Positions 12,001 to 18,400 of a stretch of 64,000 nucleotides of DNA are shown one piece after another. Location: IMG/VR virus record IMGVR_UViG_3300013132_006127. One strand, 5' to 3'. The position numbers were made by a program, and so were the translations under genes. Under the pieces are notes generated by a model. That model was not told where the DNA came from, ran no database searches, and saw only the letters and a program-made list of their open reading frames with translations. This stretch comes from a virus. Positions within the stretch are counted from its first letter, which is position 1. Every line of letters begins with the position of its first letter.

Positions 12001-15000
12001 GCTGCTGAACCTGTATTTCCACAAAAACCAGAGAATAGATCCGTAACTAATGTTTCGGATGAAATATCTGTATTAGGTCAAGAGTTTAGAAAATGGATCG
12101 ATGTTTCTGGTAAATATAATACAATTGCAAAATTAATGTCCTTTGTTAATCAAAGTAGAGATGTTAAATTAAACAAAAATAATAATAAAAATATAGTCGT
12201 GCCTATAGATAAGCTAAGTTCAGGAGATAAAAATTATCTTAATAGAGTTAAGTCCTCTAGCAGTAGTATTCCTGCTCCTAAAACCTCGTCCACAAATAAA
12301 CCAGAAAGTCAACAAGTATTTAATAATGTAGATAGATTATGGTATGGAGGAAGATTATGGGATCTTAATAATGATGGAATAGAATCAGAAAAAATAGTTG
12401 GTAGAATTGATCGTATATTGGATGCCGAAAGAATTATGATAGATACCAATAGTGTTCCTGGAGGAAGTCTTATTCTCAGAAGAGAATTTATGAACCAAGA
12501 AGACTTAGACACTATTAAGGCTTGGGAAAATCAAAGAAGAATAACCGCAGTAAACAAACAAACCGGCGGGATGATTTATGCTTCTAATGGTCAATTGATT
12601 AATTTCCAGCCGAGAGGTACAGATACCGTACCAGCGATGCTTACTCCTGGTGAGTTTGTTGTAAATAGACAAGCTACACAAAAGAATTTACCATTATTAC
12701 AATCTATCAATAACTCCACAAGTAATAGTAAATCTTATATGAGAGGAGGAATAATTTATGCTGCTGATGGAGCATATGTAAGAGATAAGGCTGGTGGTCC
12801 AAGATCAATGCTTTTGTCACCAAGAGAAGCAAAAAAATTAAATGTTCCTTATCAAATAGGTAGAGGTTATGATGCTCAGTATTTTGACAGAAACGATAGA
12901 GGTATTGGTCCTATTGAATGGAGAATGATAGAAAAAGCTGATGAAGAATATGTTAAGAGTCAAGGTAGAAGTGGAATAAATTATTTTGATCATCCAGAAC
13001 TCAAAAGACAGAAAGCTTTTGCTACCGTTCCAGGAATGGTCGCATCTGGATTAGGGAAACTAGGAGAGTTAATAAATAATGCTATAGAATGGGAACCTTA
13101 CGGAAATGGATATAAGCCTGTTAAGATTTTCTCAAGCATGTTAGATATGATTAGTAATGTTGCTGTCGGAACAACAAGAGCTGCTGGTGCTTTAGCTGGT
13201 TTAACTGTGGGTTCTGTAGTTTCAATACCCGACATGCTTCTTTCTGGGACGGACTACCTCTTTCCTGGATCAAAAGATGCATTTACTAGAGCTATAGGTT
13301 TTGATACTTCAGAATTTGTTAATGTTATGAATGAGGGGGCGGCATTAGAGTTAGAAAGAGCGGTAATGAATTACGCTTCTTTATATAATAATGTATTAGG
13401 AGCTGTAGACTCTACTTTTGGTTCCAATTTAGAATCTACAGATTCTTGGGCTCAAGCAATTACCGGAAATCAAAAAAAACTATGGGAAGAAAAAATGGCT
13501 TTGGCTATTAGATCAGGTATGAAAGGAGGAACCAGTGGACGTGATCATGAACTTATGTTAGGAGCATTAGATGGTATAAGCGTAGCAGCTAGCACCATAG
13601 GTGGGGCGGCATTGGCGAGCAAGATAGGAAATATAAAGCTCGCTAAAGGTTTAACTACAATGATACCTGAAGAAACAGGAAGTGATGTTTTACGTGTATT
13701 GGCTGAAATCAATAATAGATTGGTTCAGGGACAAGGATATATTATGCAAGCGTCAGAGATCGCAGGAACGGTTGCTTTACCAAAAGATATAAAAGACGCT
13801 ATAGAGGCAAGTAAGCTTCAACCAGATACAGAAGATCCGCAAGAAAGAGCATCAAGAAGAGTTGCTGCTGTAAATTTTGCTAGAGGAGGTTTGGTTTCCG
13901 AGGTTTCTGGTTTATATCAAAGTAGATTAACGACTCAAAAAAATCTTTCACAAGCTAATGATCAGTGGTTTGTTGTACCATTAAAAGCTGGTAGAGGTAG
14001 AGGTTCACAGGCTGGTGATACGAGTAAGATTTTTGATGCTAATGGTAATATTTTACCATCAAATGAACTTTTGACATACGATATGAATAAATTAGCTACA
14101 ATATATGGTAATGATTCTAAGTTAGCCCAAAAAGCAGCATCGACAAAATATCCATGGTTTGATGCCAAACAACACAGACTCGTAATGGGTCAAGGAATAT
14201 ACAGAAACCAGAAAACATCTTTTAGTAAGCAAGATCCAGCATTAAAATTAATTGATGAATTAGCCTATGAATATAAAGCTATGCCAGATATTTTTGAAAT
14301 TAAGAATAAAGAAGCATATACCGATGAAAATATTGATTCGTCTAAATTTTTGAGTAGCTTGAAAGATTCAAAGGGTAATTATGTAAAGCAATCGGTAGAA
14401 CCAGCCGCTCAAATGCTTAAAGATAGAAGTAATTTTTTAACCACTCTATTTTTTAATCTAGAAGAAGCTTTAGATATAGTAGATGCATACATCAATAAAG
14501 AGGGAAGAGATAGTACTTTAAGATCAGCCTTTGCTGGCGAAGACCCAGACAATATTCTAAGTTTCCAAAAGACCGCGGTAGGATCAGAGATAAATAATAT
14601 AGATAATATTCTTAAAGAAGCAGAGATAAACCAGTATGCTCAAAAAGTAAAAAATAAATATAACCAAAGTAGAATATTAAATTTTGGAGAAACAAAGAAC
14701 TTAAAGTCTATCGTAGATTACTTTACTAGAAATAAAAAGCCAGAACCAAAAACACAGCCAACCGGTCCAGTTAATATGGCGGTGGGTGGTTTTGTGCCCA
14801 GTTATTATTCATCAGGGTCATTAGTAAATTTTGCTCCAAAAGGTACCGATACTGTACCAGCAATGTTAACTCCTGGCGAATTTGTAATTAATAAACGAGC
14901 CACACAAAAGAACCTACCTCTTCTAAAACAAATTAATAGTCAGAACTATCAAAGAGGAGGAGTTGTAAAATACTACCAGCAAGGAACCCAAACGCCTGTT

Positions 15001-15432
15001 CAACAAACTGGTGGATTGGGTAGTATGTATTCTTTATCATTAGATGATAAATCAATATCTTTAATTAGAGAATTTACATCAAGATTTAGTGAATTTAGTA
15101 ATAAATTGGCTAACTTAGCTATTCCATCTTTGAAGTTGGATGAAACAACATTAGCCTCATTGAATAACTTTACTCAAAGATTTGATAACTTTACCAAAGA
15201 GTTATTAAAGCTAAATATTCCGCCAGTTATAACTATAACCGGTAAACACGATGTAAATGTAAATATTAATGGCGCTAGTGTATTTAGTAATATGGATAAA
15301 TATGTCTCTAACATGATTAAAAACGAGATAAACAATGCTTTTGCCCAACTAGCAAGGGAAACGGATGGCGCTATCAGTATGAACTACAACCCGTCCGCAT
15401 ACAGCAATCAAAACAGTCAAAATATGGCTTAA
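1..15432 (+). CDS. Giant tape-measure-like polyprotein with embedded enzyme/effector domains (5'-truncated, >5140 aa)
   Basis: Frame is open from base 1 (ISATKVRDALFKGD...), so ATG 91 is probably internal. Ala/Gly-rich helical core with glycine zipper GAIAGGAIGTFIAPGLGTAIGAAIGG (~4981-5124). Five copies of DT[VI]PA[ML]LTPGEFV[IV]N flanked by F/YxxGG, as in the lambda gpH C-terminus. Ends with a TMP-like HDVNVNING strand followed by a helix. Confidence 0.88.
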   Translation: MSATKVRDALFKGDDALLQEYLDPSIASILMGNRTQLRNRSMMVPMLLEKIKEVVEVEKANSNAEVQRLLESAPGGPYKNVSAKLRENAPEVAEQVRQIRSQRDMMARGAFGYRAYNVIQALSSQYPEMYALDPNRTASVSAAAQDIDRDIMMGQVTESMRDSFPSIGSAETLSPIQESILARVQKETASRGSGLLPASNQEVLKALGNSVIPNEDRFGKFAGRSLYDHLKLGKKVKTNLPYWFSDYKTFMRRPGEITGLTEEDVSTYAATRDYVIDLFNKQKSGSQQSLLESTAQQIAQTQMLAIVGLRGKNGLQGPLTWNLGNNTAGEPVSVSATIMERVLPAKYKAVADYISEQTGSIVQTAAGMMGEPGSLKSLDLKKREVLNQGNIEGGIFEQLLATLGADVLDDAVRTRAIDFPSGIGEVAGKVFGIDANIPTEAKRTIDSTSRAKAMEEFQRYFRGVYGVPEPEGDLVQQFAKGGKVDDLLVKYKDIIKSIMPAEYIADDGFLVGTNVDINRNNSMFLKALKFMIPNANFGYTKGTNYSVLINSLRKNKSKFTESEYSELEKFAIEKLSQTKNSITLGPGAESLLPHEAFHTIQGFLALNHPQIFDNLLQQSLANKDRYLEIYTKSKLSKSLLGTYQPEKMFTDPKTGSSSFRGLTTILPEKYKSSETIKSLDKEISSTLGANEIIPSLLDMIVLEKNTAAQKLLSDIFYSSGLNANFASTMPQGYFWGGKVDPLAKKYGLSQSEFEEQKKIAKFMGLSDKDFEEKLRLFASQKKRVKGAKFAALDAVADSSVANQRVTAEQQALSEFLQATKFADGGTATLDKPSKNYGKISITEDGNTISAGYLKSNDDRSGYVNAYKMRDYLYYVGLSKATSGYGPRLYDVVMEAATEKGAMLTSDRSSVSGDAKRVWEYYFKNRGDVKKTPLKPDDWTRNQADIDPKLYGREETWPPANDPAWILQSGYSKSPSLINDPSAVIKTNRKQDSRAMALQYFQRAAMGGSIRRFANGGSPEDTVPALLTPGEFVINKKAAQSIGYGKLNRLNQADKLQGYNKGGPVGGIQRFNVGGNVASEAQLNEIIAATWEVFQKMPEGIKNIIEKSLDSASISLNTGDTFDDINLKLRQQLVFAQKNIDNLGPEVVEGIRKILGAGIRKLDVIELDTIRSSSSYKGPGKEYYEDVEKARAGRKVFESGASDAKDVMQAMARSVGGVGSEIYPKPVVKPEDYYSRLDYSDIGPSRGVNDRGQLYAKALAGEDPIKVNALIEKLRKEMEDAARAAGIAISKWGKSESWAAWDIGKQLHMEKNPRESSDRYRLANPLNDAQLQKEIVQRHLAWEATGGRNATTGERLSSADLKDLGARIMEQIEATKAQTDATKAQTDANTQTTFPFMAPPTPSGPTGPGGQRTFAFMSGSGAPNPYSATLPSGIDYNPVSRRIRRNTRENDPNIQERYQRFSSSVFNRSIEQLSTRANIFGGALATAIETTSRFAGSTTVAGKTLSGLAFSVGSVTGSFYQAAQAIRAIGNFADSRFGQRILGQFAQSINTVSLNRFFNQQIRGIFGSSTVGGIATAFGAGTAAAVALTQTFIDYSNALKESRIEEAQKQQERALTKSAEALEKYSKVQDRATLELANTFATSAGIAAINEANARSAGDRRFGMATGTSLGAGAIAGGAIGTFIAPGLGTAIGAAIGGTVAAAIAQSLGADRTSGTTAEESSLLLGRSRSSILEVFNQRFTTGETSEDIMRRPEWNAQRQVLARSNAEVEAIIRGIQSDATLTEDVKKARIEEALQIEASAQLRQQEQIWLRQKGLIDLDNATKAYTRSLKNMFANMDEAINRSSVALENFNTSVELAEASVKGQARIGVFKSETSNIIRNPRASTNEERAQAASVAGSFFGSESGTIRELINIGPKIESAVLASIQAAQTLPGSTTDEAIAAAIRKSVRAELTESSLPQDLSDKLGQQIAIELEKRRKSGDDKVDFRDLEEAIPQLKDSIDALKGAQDIAIKALEDYAQKVGILVDKTNTSVELLVQAGDLLRKASEIRFNSASQLSRTFGSSIDVNAIQSFRDTTIRNQTGGPASPEGILDNINRLENRRAFQQNQLQSAQDRGRSGARDVLGFTDQLSRTTRSLRDNQKALEDLAANSEQASAALEKISEVQAKTQAGQNIIERYLTSTREDNFKLSSAFERLDNNMRGMVNDPFASRNVFEAMRDSDNPVLAADQAIAQDRRDTLEAFNMLAPFLGDTREQNTIKANVLETMLQEAGIGMTPMFNEVIKSLRNPENNSEMSQLVEQYKEGIKIQSKANELLAELNTNFAQNLKQSSEEAFKNAITDTLVKFEEAQVSHLQKIEEILSKQTPAAGLSSGGVVYRNIGGSIFQPKGTDTVPAMLTPGEFVVNKSATQKYGSVLNAINTNTYARGGKVKYYATGGYVSSLLKNETGFTSASSEAETKNFGLSSDFYQNPPDAAGKRNKNFSKNRHFDPGQLTETLRDANTVRLMKLTNNPSIIPLGLNAVGPDAFPLGATSSENYKTFENFINDGVSATSVGIGFYPRYKMALNGTVLADNAPNNVQVSQLGPAIPEALFKNIGTIKERFLEEREAAEALRLKPVIDSVLQNLDLNTYQIYNQQKYTEALSSQLPIWYKEGKSVIDFGGGIDNAIFTKAKADLNKLEYTKGFGEKALFLVPGTSDPVVNQKISALNRSGMPVGFDVNNLQITTGDPGLPIYGAGGFTVDIASRSSRSGQKNLSVLPPSKIYRTSRDSISENLEFLQLIRSDFEDLEKDSFGPETIYSNQYALYQNALSDISKGLIEKAKFNRDILDQDEVANLSSVKGDRIDLSKLTDLYVWSKRSFDASKIKTNPRFKNATNIGSDFPIKNIDTNNIENFVWSLSDSITGSDFLNSVKPFLDPKQYLINETFSETFDAPWAIDKKINVEFPYKTLKKLPIFDFNNGGSISKEYNGFGLYADTFNMLGDNKTINPFKLATTDYNNNKLLLTKTDASSILSNKIKQWINSNGGQVPTKAVDLQLLSKLVQLEPSDLDIIPEDNDLSRETAAARRDIFGAKGSLYQQLAGIGVLYREGGEANFGNLDLDPSMVNDFKDKVDLNKAFATNATNQRFPAYANGLLNIKNELVKSKESLLEDFINQSSISNLNLSDLAPWVKNLQDSRIGDLFSGGPEVPDNLRKVYLQTLGWDKTQKTADLMNATEAKYPGAFQELMSLLQLGFYVNGGKTAAASNTLSSEFNDLQKSFFGTEDLDKLSVFEDSRVAGKRGKQWWKAGGPDWAGFARYNLSIISRKGMIENIQNILNKASQASFNQQDANDLAEDIQSLSIGATGSATIGAETPANNLTDLLTKALDTTKIYTEGYRLDIADAIQKFNMPGGVKDPNLDRIKSMIDPSSDLLTYLAFKDAILSQPISSVQGIKVQGDDRDIKAPRLSNYALNTESINGVNPWSIYETFLDNAAFTNVSNAFNELVDMIGAAGKFTLQDPRTIYQGPVNTFDSKLYENPDHRSADPIKGTGAYTTSYKALAGTIYATLFEKAKKEEALRDSTTEDSNVIYRSKGGSVGYYNNGGSIINFQPRGTDTIPAMLTPGEFVINRQATQKHLPLLQAINSQNYQTGGVVKYLQNGSQNPVSSDSPQDWIRQFVNDIRSASDEDILGYGNSKQTMSLDRFKQFVWDLTAGRWAGFGGDIPRGRVVRKAQPVSADVSFARPNQTSVSFKRDVAETTWTPSSRSMASQRNRQENPYMPPAEDPTAYSPSSRAQASRRARESYKPQYSAESYISDSDAINASQQFEKEYKERKERILKRELMLEEGPTSSINLSTPTMTFEKWDRKNRTDGRIVAYDAARQFLAILKIAGTDIMEPEKKTAGVTAFPINLLGPSSQESVFSLLSNRELSVDDPYPYQKIGINEALNRLEKEYGSDFVKQYRSRDRISKISTNAGLVYDPNQGYIASKLSDFLLSNVLEKQKKFAVPTAEAVPVPDAEVAYTSTKAAEPVFPQKPENRSVTNVSDEISVLGQEFRKWIDVSGKYNTIAKLMSFVNQSRDVKLNKNNNKNIVVPIDKLSSGDKNYLNRVKSSSSSIPAPKTSSTNKPESQQVFNNVDRLWYGGRLWDLNNDGIESEKIVGRIDRILDAERIMIDTNSVPGGSLILRREFMNQEDLDTIKAWENQRRITAVNKQTGGMIYASNGQLINFQPRGTDTVPAMLTPGEFVVNRQATQKNLPLLQSINNSTSNSKSYMRGGIIYAADGAYVRDKAGGPRSMLLSPREAKKLNVPYQIGRGYDAQYFDRNDRGIGPIEWRMIEKADEEYVKSQGRSGINYFDHPELKRQKAFATVPGMVASGLGKLGELINNAIEWEPYGNGYKPVKIFSSMLDMISNVAVGTTRAAGALAGLTVGSVVSIPDMLLSGTDYLFPGSKDAFTRAIGFDTSEFVNVMNEGAALELERAVMNYASLYNNVLGAVDSTFGSNLESTDSWAQAITGNQKKLWEEKMALAIRSGMKGGTSGRDHELMLGALDGISVAASTIGGAALASKIGNIKLAKGLTTMIPEETGSDVLRVLAEINNRLVQGQGYIMQASEIAGTVALPKDIKDAIEASKLQPDTEDPQERASRRVAAVNFARGGLVSEVSGLYQSRLTTQKNLSQANDQWFVVPLKAGRGRGSQAGDTSKIFDANGNILPSNELLTYDMNKLATIYGNDSKLAQKAASTKYPWFDAKQHRLVMGQGIYRNQKTSFSKQDPALKLIDELAYEYKAMPDIFEIKNKEAYTDENIDSSKFLSSLKDSKGNYVKQSVEPAAQMLKDRSNFLTTLFFNLEEALDIVDAYINKEGRDSTLRSAFAGEDPDNILSFQKTAVGSEINNIDNILKEAEINQYAQKVKNKYNQSRILNFGETKNLKSIVDYFTRNKKPEPKTQPTGPVNMAVGGFVPSYYSSGSLVNFAPKGTDTVPAMLTPGEFVINKRATQKNLPLLKQINSQNYQRGGVVKYYQQGTQTPVQQTGGLGSMYSLSLDDKSISLIREFTSRFSEFSNKLANLAIPSLKLDETTLASLNNFTQRFDNFTKELLKLNIPPVITITGKHDVNVNINGASVFSNMDKYVSNMIKNEINNAFAQLARETDGAISMNYNPSAYSNQNSQNMA
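3007..3222 (+). repeat. TMP GG/GEFV cassette, copy 1
   Basis: AAMGG..FANGGSPEDTVPALLTPGEFVINKKAA..YNKGG..FNVGG. Confidence 0.9.
4117..4158 (+). repeat. 21-bp tandem duplication (ATKAQTD x2)
   Basis: gccactaaagcccaaacagat / gccaccaaagcccaaacagat, one mismatch. Confidence 0.85.
7102..7305 (+). repeat. TMP GG/GEFV cassette, copy 2
   Basis: LSSGG..RNIGG..PKGTDTVPAMLTPGEFVVNKSAT..YARGG..YATGG. Confidence 0.9.
10693..10908 (+). repeat. TMP GG/GEFV cassette, copy 3
   Basis: YRSKGG..YNNGG..PRGTDTIPAMLTPGEFVINRQAT..YQTGG..LQNGS. Confidence 0.9.
12556..12774 (+). repeat. TMP GG/GEFV cassette, copy 4
   Basis: KQTGG..ASNGQ..PRGTDTVPAMLTPGEFVVNRQAT..YMRGG..AADGA. Confidence 0.9.
14776..14988 (+). repeat. 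TMP GG/GEFV cassette, copy 5 (canonical C-terminal position)
   Basis: MAVGG..YSSGS..PKGTDTVPAMLTPGEFVINKRAT..YQRGG..YQQGT, about 150 aa before the stop. Confidence 0.9.
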
Positions 15433-15445
15433 AGGGTAATTTATT

Positions 15446-18400
15446 ATGGCAGAAATTCAACCAAATCTATTCTGGAGTAGCGGCAATAATTCTTTGATAA
15501 TTGGTAATTCTGGTTCTTATACAAATCCTATAGACGCTAGTGTTGTATTGGGGGCCACACAAATAGCCTCATCAGGACTATACCCATTAAAAATTAGCCT
15601 TAATCAAGGAAACTTCTTCATTCTTACTAAAGATGGTAAAGTGGCCATCAATACTCCAAGTTTTCCTGTATATGAATCATCCCCAAATTTTCATATGGTT
15701 GGAAGATGTGCTGTTTTTGAAGGCAACTGCGGAGCAGGAGGAGTAGCACTAACGTTGTATAACAATCCAGATGTGGTACCACAAGTTGGAAGCATAGCTG
15801 GATCATTAAACCTATCCGCAAGAAATAATAATCGTAATGTTGTAAATTTCGCACAAGTACAATCCAAAATACTTAATCCGCTCAAAGGACAAACAAGAGG
15901 TCAGTTTGTTGTTAATGTTGAGTCATCTGGCGTCTCAAAGTCTATACTGAAACTAGATGATAGTGTTAATCAAATAGGTATTAATAATGTTGATAATGCT
16001 ACATACACAAGCGTTTTAGGTTCAGGTAATTCTTTATCTTATGTAAATAATTCTAAAGTTATTGGAGATGGAAATTTTGCTAATCGTAGTAATAATTTGT
16101 ATTTACTAGGATCAGATAATAGTATTGATTTAATTAAAAATAGTGTTGTATATGTATTAGGTTACGATGTTGGGGAAAGTCCACTTCTAGGAATGCCGTC
16201 TGATTTGAATTGGGGTCCAAATGATGACTTAGCACAAGGTGATATAGTAAAGATAGAAAATAATGCTCTTTTAAACGGATATTATGTCGCTAATACTGGT
16301 ATATGGACAAAGATAGATGATACAGTTGCTGTTGCGTATATAGGGACTTCTAATATTCTAATTGGTAGTGAAAATGCTCTATCTGGAAATAATGTTATTG
16401 CTATAGGTAATTCTTCTTCTGTTAGTGGCAATAATATTTTTATGTTTGGTAGTTATAATAATGTTAAAACACAAAAACTAACAGGTATTTTATCTTCTGG
16501 TAGTAGCGATATAGAAAACTCTTTTATACTTGGATCATATAACTCTATAGATGCTAGTGGGACTATTGTTTTTGGTAGTCATAATGCTTCTAGCGGCGTG
16601 TCGGCTATTGTTCTAAATGGTTCTCATAATACAATAGCCAGCGGATCCATAAGCAGTGTGGTATTAGGTGACAATAATATCGTAAACTCTGTTTCTGGAA
16701 TAGTTTTAGGTTCTAATAATTTAGGATCTATAGATTTAACATCTTTATTAGGATTTAATAACAATATAGTTTTATCCAGTGGTAATATTCTAGGATCATA
16801 CAATAGGGTTAGTGGCGTCAACAATAATATTATTGGTAATTCACTTAATGTAACCGGCTCACAAATATCTGCTATAGGATCTAATTTAAGTGCTAGTGGG
16901 AACAATAATTTAATTTTTGGTAACCAGCAAAATTTATTATCTAACTCAGGTATTTTTATTGGTAATCATGGATCTATAAGCGGTAATAATAATATAGATA
17001 TAGGTTCACATATACTTTCTAGCGGTTCTCATTCTATTATTACTGGTAATAATAATAAAACAGAAGATGTACTAAAAATTAATTTGTATGGTCATAATAA
17101 TATACTCAGATCTGGCACATATATTGATGCTAATGTCATTGGACAAAACAATATTATAAGTTCTGGTATACAAAATATCAATGTAGTAGGAGATAATAAT
17201 AAGCTAGATAATATATTTGATTTAACAGTACAGCCAGTAGAAGCTTTTTATGACTCTGAATATTCTGTTCTTACTGATTTAACTAATAGTAATCTATTCA
17301 GAGTTGGAGACAGGGTATCATTAAGAGATTCAGACGAGATCTTTGTTATAGAAAATAAGATTCCACCATCCAATGATCAATCCTCACAATTCACTATAGA
17401 GTTTCAAAATCCTATCCCTAGTAGTTTGTTGAATCAAACACTATATATTAAATCACAAACATTACAAGATGAAATTACATATAATTATAGTAATCCAAAT
17501 ACTATTATAGGTAATACTAATACTATTATTGGTATGTCTGGACTTATTATTGGTAATCTAAATAAAGCTTCTGGCAATATGATTACTAATATATCTTCTT
17601 CATCTAATATTACTGGTAATAATGTTATTAATATCGGCTCCAAACTAGTTTCTAGTAGTGGTAACAACATTATTAATATAGGACACAATTTTAAAGGAAT
17701 TACTAATGATTTAACTAATATTGGTTTTAATAATACTAATGAATATCAATTTAGTTCTATATTAGGGTCAGATAATTTTGTTATCAACGGAGATGTTATT
17801 GGCAGCGGGAATAGAGTCTATGATAGAAATACGTCTATCGTAGGAGATAGTAATACTATTATTGGTTATGGCAAATTTTTTAATACTAATGATAGTTTAA
17901 TTTTTTCTTCAGGTTCTTATGATTCTTCATTAGATGCTATAGTTCTTAGTCAAAACGCTGCTAGATTCTATCCTACCGACGGAAGAGTAGTTAATTCACA
18001 GAAATTAATTGTTCAACTTGCTATAAGCGGCACATATCTTCCTGCTTTTTCTGGTTACGCCACCTTTGTTAGAGGCGACCAGATGTATTTTGCAGAGAAG
18101 GGCCCTAATTACGGAACAACACTCAACCCATTATTTGATACATTTAATCCGGTACCACTACAAAATTTTGTAAAGGCCCTATTCCCAACCTCTGCTATAC
18201 CCGACAATATAGACGCTTTTGTTTATCCTATTACTGACGAGAATAAAGTGGTAATTGGCGATGAAAACTTTATTACAGAAGGTCGTTATTTAGGTGTTTT
18301 TGGTAATAATAATAAATACGGTACTGATGTTAATAGTAATAGATTTGAAATAGGTAGTACTACTTCATACTCTGGTATTGTTATCGGACATAATAATACT

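Noticed and set aside
3007-14988. TMP repeats as CRISPR repeats, inteins or mobile-element ends
   Set aside because: Conserved at protein level only and kb apart. No Hint motifs (N-terminal C/S, C-terminal HN), no inverted repeats, no transposase.
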